The position numbers were made by a program, and so were the translations under genes. The notes under the pieces are model-generated. The model ran no database searches and was not told the DNA's origin. It was given only the letters and a program-made list of their open reading frames with translations. This document shows, in pieces, positions 35,278-44,737 of a DNA stretch of 64,000 bases. Within the stretch, counting starts at the first letter, position 1; each line of letters opens with the position of its first letter. Origin of the DNA: an uncultured Elusimicrobia bacterium (lineage in GTDB: Bacteria > Elusimicrobiota > Elusimicrobia > 2-01-FULL-59-12); contig OY969767.1 in the NCBI GenBank assembly GCA_963702895.1, positions 1,100,866-1,164,865 of the forward strand. Reading direction: 5' to 3'.

Positions 35278-37289
35278 TGGCAAGACCCCTGCTTTTGATC
35301 TGTCGCCTGGCCTCTGCGCTGGGAATTCTTTCTCTCGTTTTAACGGCCGAGATCAGCCTGCCTTACGGATGGCTGAGCGGACTTGCCTGGGCCGCGGGTC
35401 TATTCCTTGATCGCCGACCTTCCTGGCAGGCGAGGTGGCAGGTGATGGAGACGCCGGCCGTGATCGCGATCATCATGGTCTTTCTGCTCGACTTCTTTCG
35501 GTTCGGCGCTTCGATCTTTGTGAGCCTCGCGCATTTTCTGATGCTGTTTCAGGCCATCAAGCTTCTGGGGAGGAAAGGGCGAAAGGACTGCGCGCAGATC
35601 CTCCTCGTCAGCTTTTTCCAGACCCTCTCGTCCTGCACGCTTTCGGTCGGGGCTTGGCAAGCGGGCGTGATGCTGGCGCTTGTTCCGATCGCGACCGCTG
35701 GGCTCTTTTGGCTTCAGGCCAGTCGTGAGGAAGCGCTCTATCCCGATTTCTTTGTGAAAGGTGCCGCGAAGTCGTTCCGCTGGGTCGTGCTGTTCATGAG
35801 TGCGGCCGCCATTCCCATCAATCTGGTCCTTGCAGCGGCTCTCTTTGTGGTTTTTCCCCGCTTAGGCTTTCGCACCTTCGTGGGTGTGGGGATGGGCAAG
35901 AGCGGCTATACCGAGCAGGTCAATCTGACCCTAGGCGGTCGCCTCCATGAGGACAACAGCACGGTGATGTGGTTGGAGATCCTTCCTCCGTCCGATCGCC
36001 CGCGCTGGGGTGGCTACCTCAGGGGCGGGGCGCTCGAGGCCTTTGATGGCAAAGTGTGGAGCCGAAGCGGTTCCTTATCGCAGAAGGCTTTGGTCGCAGG
36101 TTCCGGCGGCTTGATCCGCGCCCCAGGCTTCACGGGGGATGCCATCCACGGGGCCTTGCGCCAGCACGTCACCCTCATCAACACGGCAGGATCCATCCTC
36201 TTTGGCAGTCCCGCCATCATCGAAGTCTCTGCGCCCTTCACCACGCTTCAGTATTACGCCGATGGAAGTTTTCGCTGGACCACGGGCTGGCGAAAGCCAC
36301 TGGCCTACGATATCGTCTCGCAGGAGGCCTCGCGTTCTTCGTCTGTCAGGCAACCCCTGGGCCCCAAAGACCTGCAAGCCAATCTGGATCTGCCCGGTCT
36401 TTCATTTGATAAAACGAAAATCCTCACACGATCAATGGGGGGCACGGGGCCGGCCCGGCTTCGTGCGCAGAGAATCGAGTCTTTTCTGCGGGACAACTTC
36501 ACTTACGCCAAGGACCTGGGTTCATCGACAAGCGCCAATCCCATCGAGGAGTTCCTCTTTGTCACGAAGCGCGGGCCCTGCGGTCATTTCTCCTCAGCCA
36601 TGGCCGTGATGCTGCGCCTGAGCGGCATTCCCGCGCGTGTGGTCTCGGGCTACTACAAAGGATCATGGAACAGCCGGGTCGGGCAGTATGTGATACGGGA
36701 AAAAGACGCCCATGCCTGGGTCGAAGCGTATCTGCCGGGTCAAGGCTGGACGGCGTTTGATCCGACGCCGCGTGTGGAAGGGCCGGTCTCTGCGCAACCC
36801 TGGCTCGTCAGACTTCAGGAGAATTGGGACTACGTCAATTACACGTGGGATAAGCTCGTCATTCAGTACGACCTCTATTCACAGGTGAGGGTGCTGGAGG
36901 ATCTTCAGCGCGGGTCGAACAGGATGAATGAAAAAGCGACCGCCTGGATCAATCAACTCCAGTCCTTGTTCCGGCTCTCTCATCCGCTGGAGAGCGGATT
37001 GCGCGCGAAGAAGCGCTTGCGGTTCTTTCCCCTTCTGGCACTTCTATCGATCGTGGGCCTTCTCACCGCGATCGCTCTCCATTTCTGGAGACGAAGAAAG
37101 GCGATCGATCCTTCGATCGCGTTTTACGTCCAATTTCTTTCGCGCATGGCCCAAAAAGGCTATCCCAAGGCCCCCTACGAGACAGGTCTCGAATACGCGG
37201 CCCGCCTGCCGGATGAGGCTGGCGGTGCCCAAGCCAGGCAACTGACCGATCGTTACTACAAGGCGCGCTATCGCTCCATCCGCGCTTAA
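35259..37289 (+). CDS. Transglutaminase-like protein with a polytopic N-terminal (DUF3488-like) domain
   Basis: GPCGHFSSAMAVMLRLSGIPARVVSGY, DAHAWVEAY and GWTAFDPT (Cys-His-Asp core). Start is 35259 or 35277 (TGATG coupling). Confidence 0.85.
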   Translation: MEASAVMARPLLLICRLASALGILSLVLTAEISLPYGWLSGLAWAAGLFLDRRPSWQARWQVMETPAVIAIIMVFLLDFFRFGASIFVSLAHFLMLFQAIKLLGRKGRKDCAQILLVSFFQTLSSCTLSVGAWQAGVMLALVPIATAGLFWLQASREEALYPDFFVKGAAKSFRWVVLFMSAAAIPINLVLAAALFVVFPRLGFRTFVGVGMGKSGYTEQVNLTLGGRLHEDNSTVMWLEILPPSDRPRWGGYLRGGALEAFDGKVWSRSGSLSQKALVAGSGGLIRAPGFTGDAIHGALRQHVTLINTAGSILFGSPAIIEVSAPFTTLQYYADGSFRWTTGWRKPLAYDIVSQEASRSSSVRQPLGPKDLQANLDLPGLSFDKTKILTRSMGGTGPARLRAQRIESFLRDNFTYAKDLGSSTSANPIEEFLFVTKRGPCGHFSSAMAVMLRLSGIPARVVSGYYKGSWNSRVGQYVIREKDAHAWVEAYLPGQGWTAFDPTPRVEGPVSAQPWLVRLQENWDYVNYTWDKLVIQYDLYSQVRVLEDLQRGSNRMNEKATAWINQLQSLFRLSHPLESGLRAKKRLRFFPLLALLSIVGLLTAIALHFWRRRKAIDPSIAFYVQFLSRMAQKGYPKAPYETGLEYAARLPDEAGGAQARQLTDRYYKARYRSIRA

Positions 37290-40192
37290 GAGCGGGTGTG
37301 GTTCATCTCGAGAGAGAAGGCATCCTCATGCCTCTTCCGGAGGGGGCTCTTTCCATGGCGGATCTGGGTCGGTTTGTGCTCTTTGCGGCAGACATGGGCG
37401 AGCGTGCACCACGAGCAGTAGCCATACCCGTCGCTCGGACGGATGAAAAAGGAGCCTGACTCGATCTCTTGGACCAAAAAGCCTAATCTCTTGCGGAAGG
37501 GCTCGCCGTAGTCCTTCCAGAATTCCGGGCCAATCTCCAGCGGCATTTCGCTTTCTCCTAAACGATAGAACCGTGCTGAGCCGTTGCGAAAGGCCTTGTT
37601 CCCTTGTTTCTTCAACCATGCTTGGGCCAGGAGCACATAGAGAGGCAGTTGGAAGCTTTTGCCCTTCAAGATGGCTGTTTCGACCTTCACGTTTTTCCCA
37701 ATCCCGCCAGAGCCAGTTTTATAGTCTACAACCCGGAAAGCGTTCTCTTTCAGGTCTAAGCGATCAATCCGACCCTGGAGAAACAGCCCATCCACGACTT
37801 CAGCGAGGTTCAGCTCGAAATGGGTCGGCCGAAAGCCGCTTTCTTTCAGCTCGGCCCTATCTTGAGGTATAAAGCTGTGAAGTGTGCTTAGGATGGAGTT
37901 TTGCTCCGCCTGCCAAGCCAGAGGATAGAGCTCGGGATGCTCTTTGGCAAAGAGCTCCAACTCCTTTTCGGCCAATTGATCCATATTGACTTCGTCTGAT
38001 TTCGAATAGCTTTGATAGATAAGCTCAAGTAACTTATGAATGAGTTTTCCACGTCCTGCGAGGCTGAGCACTCCGTCTTCCACATCCCTTTGTTCGGTTT
38101 CGAGCCCCAGAACCTTCCGGCCATAGACCTTGAAGGGACACTCCGCCAAATCCTTTAAGGTGGCGGGGGATAAGCCCTTCGCCAGGAGCTTCCGGGAGAG
38201 CGGGTGGTCTTTCCCGATGAGCCCGTCATAGGCCCCCAGTGCCTTGAAGGATTCCATCTCGCGCTGCGACTGGAGGAGATGGTTCATCATGTCTCGGTCC
38301 CATCCTAAAGCCTCATAGAGGGTGTCGGTTTCACAGTCGTGCCTGTGGAAGGCGAGAGAAACCTCTTTCGGACGAAGCGTCCGGGCCGGGACCTGATGAA
38401 TCTTTTCCAGCCATGTCCGGCGCAAGGATTGGAGCGCCACTTGGTTCTGGCGCAGATAGTCATGGAGGTAAAGCGATAGGACCAGCGCCTTGCCTTCTTC
38501 GTCGGAACGCTGGCAGGAGAGGTGCAAATGGCTCCTGGCCGATTGGATGGCGAGCTCAAAGAGCAATTTTTCTTCCTGGTAGCCGTCCATCTTGCGGCCC
38601 AGCCGGCAGCCGAGCGCTTGTGCGAGGGTCGACCGGGCCGCGTCGGAGAGGAACGGATCTTCACGAATCAGACGCGGGAAGAGTTTCTCATTCAAGCCCA
38701 CAAGGAACACGGCTTCAAAGGAAAGCCCGCGCGCGCTCATGATGTCCATCACTTGAACGCCTGCGACATGGTCGGGGACAAGCGCCAGACGCAAGCCTTC
38801 GAGTTTTTCTTCCAGCACTTCGAGGAAGCGCGCGTAGGGCACTGGCTTCCCCAGCGCGTCGAGCTCGCTCAGGGATTCGACGGCCTCCAAGAGCCCTTCC
38901 CAAAGGCGGATTTCGACGTCCGTGGCGTCTTCTGGGAAATGAATCTTTGAGGAGAGAAGTTCCTTCGCCCGGCGGGTGTGCTCTGACCAGCTCGAAAGGA
39001 TTTCCCCCTCCCTTGTCTCAGCCAAAAGGACCTCCCTTGCCCGCTTGACGAGCGGCCAAGCTCCGACGGGTTCCTCTGCATGGAGGGCATAGGGAATTCG
39101 GTGGTTTTCGAGGATTTCACGCAGGGTGCTCAGGTAAGGGTCTAAAGAGCGGGCGATCACTGCCATGTCGTCATACGGAACCCCCTGCTGGGCGAGTTCA
39201 AGGATCTTTTTTGCGGTGAGCCAGATTTCATCGTGGGTCCCGGAGCAGCTCCAGGCTTCTGTGGTTCGACCCGGCGAACCGGCCCCATCCACCTGTGGAG
39301 TGCTCGATGGTTGGGGCCGTCCCGACGAAATAGATTCATAGGAGGACGGGACGGCGAGTGGGCGAACCGGCGCGGGAATCGATGGGTTGTTTCGCCGGCT
39401 CGCCGGGTCGCCGGCTCGCCGGCTCTGACTTTGAAAGGCTGGATCTTTCAGCAACAGCTCCGCATACCCGTAAGCGGGATGGCCTTCTTCGTAAGGAAAG
39501 TAGATCCTGGCATGGGGATGAGTCGAAAGCGCTCTGACCAGGTCGAGCTGCACGCCGGTGAGATCGTAGAAGCCATAGAGGTAAATCGCCTTCAGTTCTT
39601 GGATCCAGGGGGTCTCGGGGATGGCCGCGGCCGCTCGTCGGATCAAGTCCGCACTCGTTTGCAGGCGGTGGTCGTGGAGGACTTTATAGGTCAGGACATT
39701 GAGTTCCAAAATCGGCACCGCCCCTCCTGCTCCTTCACCGAGGTGACCTTCTCGGGCGACGTTGGCGCAATCGACGACGCGCGCGCCGGAATCCTGAAGG
39801 TCTTTGAGCGTTGCCGCAAGGGCCCCCGCCAGCCCTTTGGGAATCGGTGAGCCCGGATGCACCAGGGCGTCTTTGGAAAGGAAGGGCATCTGTGCCTCGC
39901 CCGAAAGGAAGTCATGCACGATTTCCCGGTAGAGCGTGGGCTCGGTGATCCTGTGCGTGTCCAAGGTGGACTCACTCACCCAAGCACGTTCCGCCAGCGC
40001 AAAAAAGGTCAGGAAATGGATGTTGAGGTACGCATGGCTTTGGGCGAGTCGTCGTTGTAAGCGGTTCAAGATCTGGCCCGAGGGCGATAGAACCAGGACC
40101 CCGCCCAAGGGGTCGGACTTCTTCTGAGCTGCCACATCGCTAAGAAAAGCGTTTTCGAGAGAGGAATAGGTGCCGGTCGTGAGGTGGAACAT
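37286..40192 (-). CDS. addB: AddB-type helicase-nuclease subunit (PD-(D/E)XK nuclease with an Fe-S Cys cluster)
   Basis: C-terminal GRIDRLD...VVDYKTGSG and CSWCTLAHVC. ATG at 40192, 11 nt after the upstream stop; the 140-codon extension overlapping the transporter gene was rejected. Confidence 0.75.
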   Translation of the reverse strand: MFHLTTGTYSSLENAFLSDVAAQKKSDPLGGVLVLSPSGQILNRLQRRLAQSHAYLNIHFLTFFALAERAWVSESTLDTHRITEPTLYREIVHDFLSGEAQMPFLSKDALVHPGSPIPKGLAGALAATLKDLQDSGARVVDCANVAREGHLGEGAGGAVPILELNVLTYKVLHDHRLQTSADLIRRAAAAIPETPWIQELKAIYLYGFYDLTGVQLDLVRALSTHPHARIYFPYEEGHPAYGYAELLLKDPAFQSQSRRAGDPASRRNNPSIPAPVRPLAVPSSYESISSGRPQPSSTPQVDGAGSPGRTTEAWSCSGTHDEIWLTAKKILELAQQGVPYDDMAVIARSLDPYLSTLREILENHRIPYALHAEEPVGAWPLVKRAREVLLAETREGEILSSWSEHTRRAKELLSSKIHFPEDATDVEIRLWEGLLEAVESLSELDALGKPVPYARFLEVLEEKLEGLRLALVPDHVAGVQVMDIMSARGLSFEAVFLVGLNEKLFPRLIREDPFLSDAARSTLAQALGCRLGRKMDGYQEEKLLFELAIQSARSHLHLSCQRSDEEGKALVLSLYLHDYLRQNQVALQSLRRTWLEKIHQVPARTLRPKEVSLAFHRHDCETDTLYEALGWDRDMMNHLLQSQREMESFKALGAYDGLIGKDHPLSRKLLAKGLSPATLKDLAECPFKVYGRKVLGLETEQRDVEDGVLSLAGRGKLIHKLLELIYQSYSKSDEVNMDQLAEKELELFAKEHPELYPLAWQAEQNSILSTLHSFIPQDRAELKESGFRPTHFELNLAEVVDGLFLQGRIDRLDLKENAFRVVDYKTGSGGIGKNVKVETAILKGKSFQLPLYVLLAQAWLKKQGNKAFRNGSARFYRLGESEMPLEIGPEFWKDYGEPFRKRLGFLVQEIESGSFFIRPSDGYGYCSWCTLAHVCRKEHKPTQIRHGKSPLRKRHEDAFSLEMNHTRS
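39353..39428. repeat. 8-nt-period hairpin element (GGCGARNN / GGCTCGCC class), in frame in addB
   Basis: ggcgagtg ggcgaacc ggcgcggg, loop aatcgatgggttgt, then ttcgcc ggctcgcc gggtcgcc ggctcgcc ggctctga. Peptide is SRRAGDPASRRNNPSIPAPVRPLA. Confidence 0.85.
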
Positions 40193-40203
40193 CCCCTGCC
40201 ATT

Positions 40204-41457
40204 CTACATCAAGGCGGTGCCGACCATGAGAAGCGTCAGCACGATCATGACCCCACAGGTGGTGACGGCAATGATGTTGTAGAAGCGGGAATTCACATAG
40301 GCCCCCATGATCTGCTTTTTGTTGATCAAGCGGAGCATGTAGATGAGAATGAAGGGTAGAAGAACGCCTTGGATGACCTGAGACAGCAGCATGATGCGCC
40401 AGAGCGGTATCCGGGGCAAGAGAACGAAGCCGGAGCCTATGACAATCATGGCCCCGAAGAGCGTATAGAATTGAGGGGCTTCTTCGAACGAACGGTCCAC
40501 GCCGGCTTCCCAACCCAAACCTTCGGAGACGTAGAAGGCGGTTGAAAGCGGTAGGACCGCCGCGGCGGCCAGAGAGGCCACCAAGAGGCCGATCCCAAAG
40601 AGGGCAAAACAATATTGTCCCGCGATGGGCTTGAGCGCCATGGCCGCAGACTGGGCATCGTCAATGCGGATGCCGTTTGTGAAGAGCGTCGCCGCGCAAG
40701 TGACCATGATGGAGAACGTGATAATGTTCGTCATGCCGCAGCCCGAGATGACGTCGAGCCGGCACATGGGATACTCCTCTTTGCGGATTCCTTTTTCGAC
40801 CACCGAGCTTTGGAGATAGAACTGCATCCATGGGGTGATGGTCGTTCCCACCAGCCCGATGAGCACGACCACATAATGTTGGTTCCAGGTGATTCCGGAA
40901 GGCAACACCAGCTGCGTCAAGACTTCTTTCCATGGGGGGTGGACCATCCAAGCGGAGATCACATAACTCCCAAAGAAAACAATGGAGACAAGAAAAATCT
41001 TCTCAACATTCCGGTAGCTCCCTTTCGTGACGGTCCACCAGACAAACAGGGCCGCCAGCGGAACGGATACGTAGCGGGAGATATGGAACATCTCAAGACT
41101 GGCTGCGATCCCGGCGAATTCTGAGATGGTGGTCCCGATGTTTCCAATCAGGAGCCCGATCATCACGTAGAAGGTGGCTTTCACGCCGTAGTTTTCGCGG
41201 ATGAGGTCCGCTAATCCCTTGCCTGTGACAGCCCCCATGCGCGCCGCCATTTCTTGGATGACGATGAGGGAGACCGTTAAGGGGAAGATCGTCCACAGCA
41301 TGGTGTAGCCAAAATGCGAGCCCACGACGGAGCACGTCGCAATCCCCCCCGCATCGTTGTCGATAAAGGCCGTGATCAGGCCAGGCCCCATGATCGCTAA
41401 AAAAAGGGCCATGCGCCGGAAGAAAGCGGAGAGTTTGTTGGGTCGCAGGTCGTACAT
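40204..41457 (-). CDS. NRAMP/SLC11-family transporter with a non-canonical metal site (DAGG and TPW), NRMT-like
   Basis: GPGLITAFIDNDAGGIATCS aligns to ..DPGN.. (41344-41355 encodes DAGG). GTTITPWMQFYLQSS aligns to ..MPHNLYLHS.. (40828-40836 encodes TPW). Confidence 0.8.
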   Translation of the reverse strand: MYDLRPNKLSAFFRRMALFLAIMGPGLITAFIDNDAGGIATCSVVGSHFGYTMLWTIFPLTVSLIVIQEMAARMGAVTGKGLADLIRENYGVKATFYVMIGLLIGNIGTTISEFAGIAASLEMFHISRYVSVPLAALFVWWTVTKGSYRNVEKIFLVSIVFFGSYVISAWMVHPPWKEVLTQLVLPSGITWNQHYVVVLIGLVGTTITPWMQFYLQSSVVEKGIRKEEYPMCRLDVISGCGMTNIITFSIMVTCAATLFTNGIRIDDAQSAAMALKPIAGQYCFALFGIGLLVASLAAAAVLPLSTAFYVSEGLGWEAGVDRSFEEAPQFYTLFGAMIVIGSGFVLLPRIPLWRIMLLSQVIQGVLLPFILIYMLRLINKKQIMGAYVNSRFYNIIAVTTCGVMIVLTLLMVGTALM

Positions 41458-41459
41458 GA

Positions 41460-42755
41460 TCAGCCCCCCGCGTGTTTCTTGCCTGAACGCCTGCGCCAGG
41501 CGATGGGGATGACCAGGTGCAAGATATCGTCGACTGTGATAATGCCCTGCAGTTGTTTTTCCTTGTTGACGACCGGAAGGGCAGAGACTTTGTACTTGTC
41601 CATGAGGAAAGCGACTTCTTTGAGCGGGGTGTCGAGATACACGTACACCGGTTTGGGGAACACGGTCTGCTCCACGGGAATCGCGGGATCAGCGGCGATG
41701 AGCCGACGCAGGGTCGTCGTCCCCATGAGTTGCTTGGTTTCGCTCGTGACGTAGAGGTAATAAATGGTTTCAAGCTCAGGTGTCTTTTCCTTAATCAAGG
41801 CCAGGGTCTGCTCGACGGAGAGGTCTTTCGGGATCTCGAGAAATTCGGTGGTCATGATGCCGCCGGCTTCGTCTTCTTCGTAGCCGAGGAGTTTGGAAAG
41901 CTTTTTGGCTTGGTTGGATTCCATCAGGGAGAGGAACTGCTTCGACTGGTTCTCCGGCATCTCGCCGAGCAAGTCGACCGCCTCATCGGCACTCATCCTG
42001 GAAAGGAGCTCGACGGCTTCCCGGGTCTCCAGGTTCTCAAGCAGCTGCTCCTGCTGCTGGAAGTCCAGGCGCTCAAAGAGCCTGGCGCGATGGTGCGGGT
42101 CGGCCGTGCGAAACAAAGCGATCCTTTGATGGATATCCAGACTGACGATGATCTCACCCAGGTCGGCGGGAGGAATCTTCTCCAATTGTTTGGCGGTGAG
42201 GTCCATATGAATGGGGTCGCTGGGGTCGAGCGTGATCGTTTTGACAAATTTCCAACTGACCAGAGTTTCGGTTTCGAGATACGGCGATCGGGGTCGTACC
42301 CACCGCACGAGGCGATCCACCCCGAGCTGCCACCCCAGGCGCCTGACGAGGCCGCGGGTGCCAATATCCACATGCACGACACGCAGGGGCGACACCTGCA
42401 GCATATGGACGTCATTGACCCGGATCACTTTGTGGTTATGGATGTCGACGACTTGTTGGTCGAGAATGTCTTTGCGAATGCGGTAGACGTCGGCATGGAG
42501 TTCCGGGGTAAAAACGAGGCCGGCTGAAAGTCCATTGAACTGGATGCGGCCGTCGGACACCGTCACGTCCTTCGCCGCGAGCTCCGCGTAGCGCTTGTGC
42601 CATGTTCCACGCGAAAGGATGACCTGCGTCACGGGGGGATAAGGATCTTGCGGGTTGATCACGAAGTCATGAAGATGTCCCGCCGCGCGACCGTTGGTGT
42701 CATAAACGGTCTTTCCCATCAGGTCGGCGAAGTACAGGAAAGACGATTCAGGCAT
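41460..42755 (-). CDS. MgtE-like cytosolic module (PRC-barrel-like N-terminus, MgtE_N, CBS pair) without the TM pore domain
   Basis: PADLGEIIVSLD, EAVELLSRMSADEAVDLLGEMP, GGIMTTEFLEI and a CBS pair up to GIITVDDILHLV. The protein then ends with no hydrophobic helices. Its stop lies 2 nt before the transporter start. Confidence 0.75.
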   Translation of the reverse strand: MPESSFLYFADLMGKTVYDTNGRAAGHLHDFVINPQDPYPPVTQVILSRGTWHKRYAELAAKDVTVSDGRIQFNGLSAGLVFTPELHADVYRIRKDILDQQVVDIHNHKVIRVNDVHMLQVSPLRVVHVDIGTRGLVRRLGWQLGVDRLVRWVRPRSPYLETETLVSWKFVKTITLDPSDPIHMDLTAKQLEKIPPADLGEIIVSLDIHQRIALFRTADPHHRARLFERLDFQQQEQLLENLETREAVELLSRMSADEAVDLLGEMPENQSKQFLSLMESNQAKKLSKLLGYEEDEAGGIMTTEFLEIPKDLSVEQTLALIKEKTPELETIYYLYVTSETKQLMGTTTLRRLIAADPAIPVEQTVFPKPVYVYLDTPLKEVAFLMDKYKVSALPVVNKEKQLQGIITVDDILHLVIPIAWRRRSGKKHAGG

Positions 42756-44424
42756 GCCGTGGTTCCTGCTGTTTCTCTCGTCGGATCATAGACCAGAAGG
42801 GGCCCCATTCCTCCATCTGAAGAAGCCTTGCCATCAGCATATAAACGGCCGCGCCGCCGCCAATCGTCAACACAAGACCGAAGGCCCGGATGAAGTATCT
42901 CGTCCCATCCAGCGCCGCGCGCTCCGCCGGAGGAAGCTGCATGACGGCCCAGGCAAAGAGCGCCATCACCGCCGAAGCCGCCAGGGACTTTAGAAGTGTG
43001 CGGAAAATGCGCCGACCGCCGAGGAGGCCGATGCGTCTTCGGAGAAGAAGAAATAGGGCCCCCGCATTCGCCCATGCCGCGATGGAAGTCGCAAGCGCAA
43101 GAGAGGCCACGCCGATTTTGCCGTTGAGGGCGCTCGCCCATTCGGGATGGGAAAGGCTCAGTCGTGAGCGGGCATAGAGGGTCAAGAGATTCAGCACGAT
43201 ATTGAGGACCACGCAAACACTGGCGATGGTGACGGGGGTTCGGGTGGTCTGCTGCGCGTAGAAAGCGGCCGCCAGAATCTTGACGGCGGCATAGGCGAAA
43301 AGCCCCGACGCGAAGGCGGCGAGCGACCAGCTGGTGAGGAGGCTGGCTTCACTCGAGAACTTTCCGTACTGGAACAGAACCTGTGTGATGGGATGGCCCA
43401 GGACCAGGAGCCCGACCGTCGCGGGCACAATCATGAAAAGCGTAAGCCTCAGGGAAAAGTTTAAGATCTCTTTTACTTCGTGCATGTCGCGGCGGGCTGC
43501 AGCGGCGGACATGGACGGGAGCGCCACTTGCGAAAGCGCGATTCCGAAGAGTGCCAGCGGCAGCTGCATCACCCGGTTCGAATAGTAGAGCGCGGTGACC
43601 GACCCGACACTGAGAAAGGTCGCCATCATCGTGACCACAAAGGCGTTCACTTGGTCTGCCGCAACGCCGAGGGTGGCAGGCAGAATGAGTCGTCCTACGC
43701 GACGCACATCCTGGTGGCGGGGGTCCCAGCGCAGGCGTAAAGTCAAGTTCTGTTTCAGCAGGGCTGGCACGAGCACCCAGAACTGACCGAATCCTCCCAC
43801 GGCGACGCTGATCGCAAGCCCCACCACCGCTTGCTGGCCACTGAGGTGAGCGATCCAGAGAAAACCAATGTAGAGTATTTCAGAGACGCTTAAGCAGGCA
43901 GGGGCGAGCGCGGGAAGGAAAAAGGAACGGTAGGTATTCAAGACACCCGTGATCAGCGCCGCCAGGCATATAAAGAGCATGAAGGGGAACATATAGCGCG
44001 TCAAGATCACGGTGAACGCGAATTGTTCGGAGCCTGGTTCGAACCCTCGGGCGATGAGACGGGTCAGTTGTGGCGCAAAAAGGATTCCCAGGATCGTGAT
44101 CGCGGAAAGAAGGACCAGCAACGTTGTGAACATCGTATTGAGAAAACGCTGGGTTTCTTCGTGGGTCTTCGTTTCCGTGTATTCCGAAAAGACCGGCACA
44201 AAGGAGGCCGAAAGCGCGCCTTCCCCCAGAAGCCGTCGGAAGAGGTTGGAAATGCGAAATGCAGTGTAAAACGCGTCAGCGGCGGGACCCGCGCCAAAGA
44301 AAGCGGCGACCAGGGTGTCGCGAACGTAGCCGAGCACGCGGGACAGAAGCGTGGCGCCCGTAAAAATACCCGCGGAGCGGGCGAGATGGTGCTGAGGAGA
44401 GCTCATTGACTTTGCCTGTTTCAA
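42748..44424 (-). CDS. murJ: Lipid II flippase MurJ
   Basis: LSRVLGYVRDTLVAAFFGAGPAADAFYTAFRISNLFRRLLGEGALSASFVPVF, followed by a polytopic protein. Confidence 0.9.
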   Translation of the reverse strand: MKQAKSMSSPQHHLARSAGIFTGATLLSRVLGYVRDTLVAAFFGAGPAADAFYTAFRISNLFRRLLGEGALSASFVPVFSEYTETKTHEETQRFLNTMFTTLLVLLSAITILGILFAPQLTRLIARGFEPGSEQFAFTVILTRYMFPFMLFICLAALITGVLNTYRSFFLPALAPACLSVSEILYIGFLWIAHLSGQQAVVGLAISVAVGGFGQFWVLVPALLKQNLTLRLRWDPRHQDVRRVGRLILPATLGVAADQVNAFVVTMMATFLSVGSVTALYYSNRVMQLPLALFGIALSQVALPSMSAAAARRDMHEVKEILNFSLRLTLFMIVPATVGLLVLGHPITQVLFQYGKFSSEASLLTSWSLAAFASGLFAYAAVKILAAAFYAQQTTRTPVTIASVCVVLNIVLNLLTLYARSRLSLSHPEWASALNGKIGVASLALATSIAAWANAGALFLLLRRRIGLLGGRRIFRTLLKSLAASAVMALFAWAVMQLPPAERAALDGTRYFIRAFGLVLTIGGGAAVYMLMARLLQMEEWGPFWSMIRREKQQEPRHA

Positions 44425-44446
44425 TGGGATACGATACCACTTCCTT

Positions 44447-44737
44447 ATGGCGAAATTAAAGACAGGTCGTCACACTTCAGCACTCAAAGCGCACCGGCAG
44501 TCGGTCCGCCACGCCGAACATAATGTCGGCGTCCGGAGCGCCATTCGCACCCTTGCCCGCAAGGTGGAGTCAGCAGTCGCCGCGAAAGATGCGAAGTCCG
44601 CTAAAAGTCTTCTGGACGAGGCCTTTTCGGCCTGGGACAAGGCTGCCAAGAGCGGTATTGTCCACTGGCGAGCGGCCTCCCGCAAGAAGTCAAGACTGGC
44701 GGCCCGCATAAGCACCCTCGCTCCGGCAAAGGCCTAG
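44447..44737 (+). CDS. rpsT: 30S ribosomal protein S20
   Basis: SALKAHRQSVRHAEHNVGVRSAIRT...KAAKSGIVHWRAASRKKSRLA. Confidence 0.9.
   Translation: MAKLKTGRHTSALKAHRQSVRHAEHNVGVRSAIRTLARKVESAVAAKDAKSAKSLLDEAFSAWDKAAKSGIVHWRAASRKKSRLAARISTLAPAKA

Noticed and set aside
37286-37289. Overlapping convergent stop codons of the transglutaminase gene and addB within TTAA
   Set aside because: This is a trivial consequence of tight packing, with no regulatory inference possible from sequence alone.
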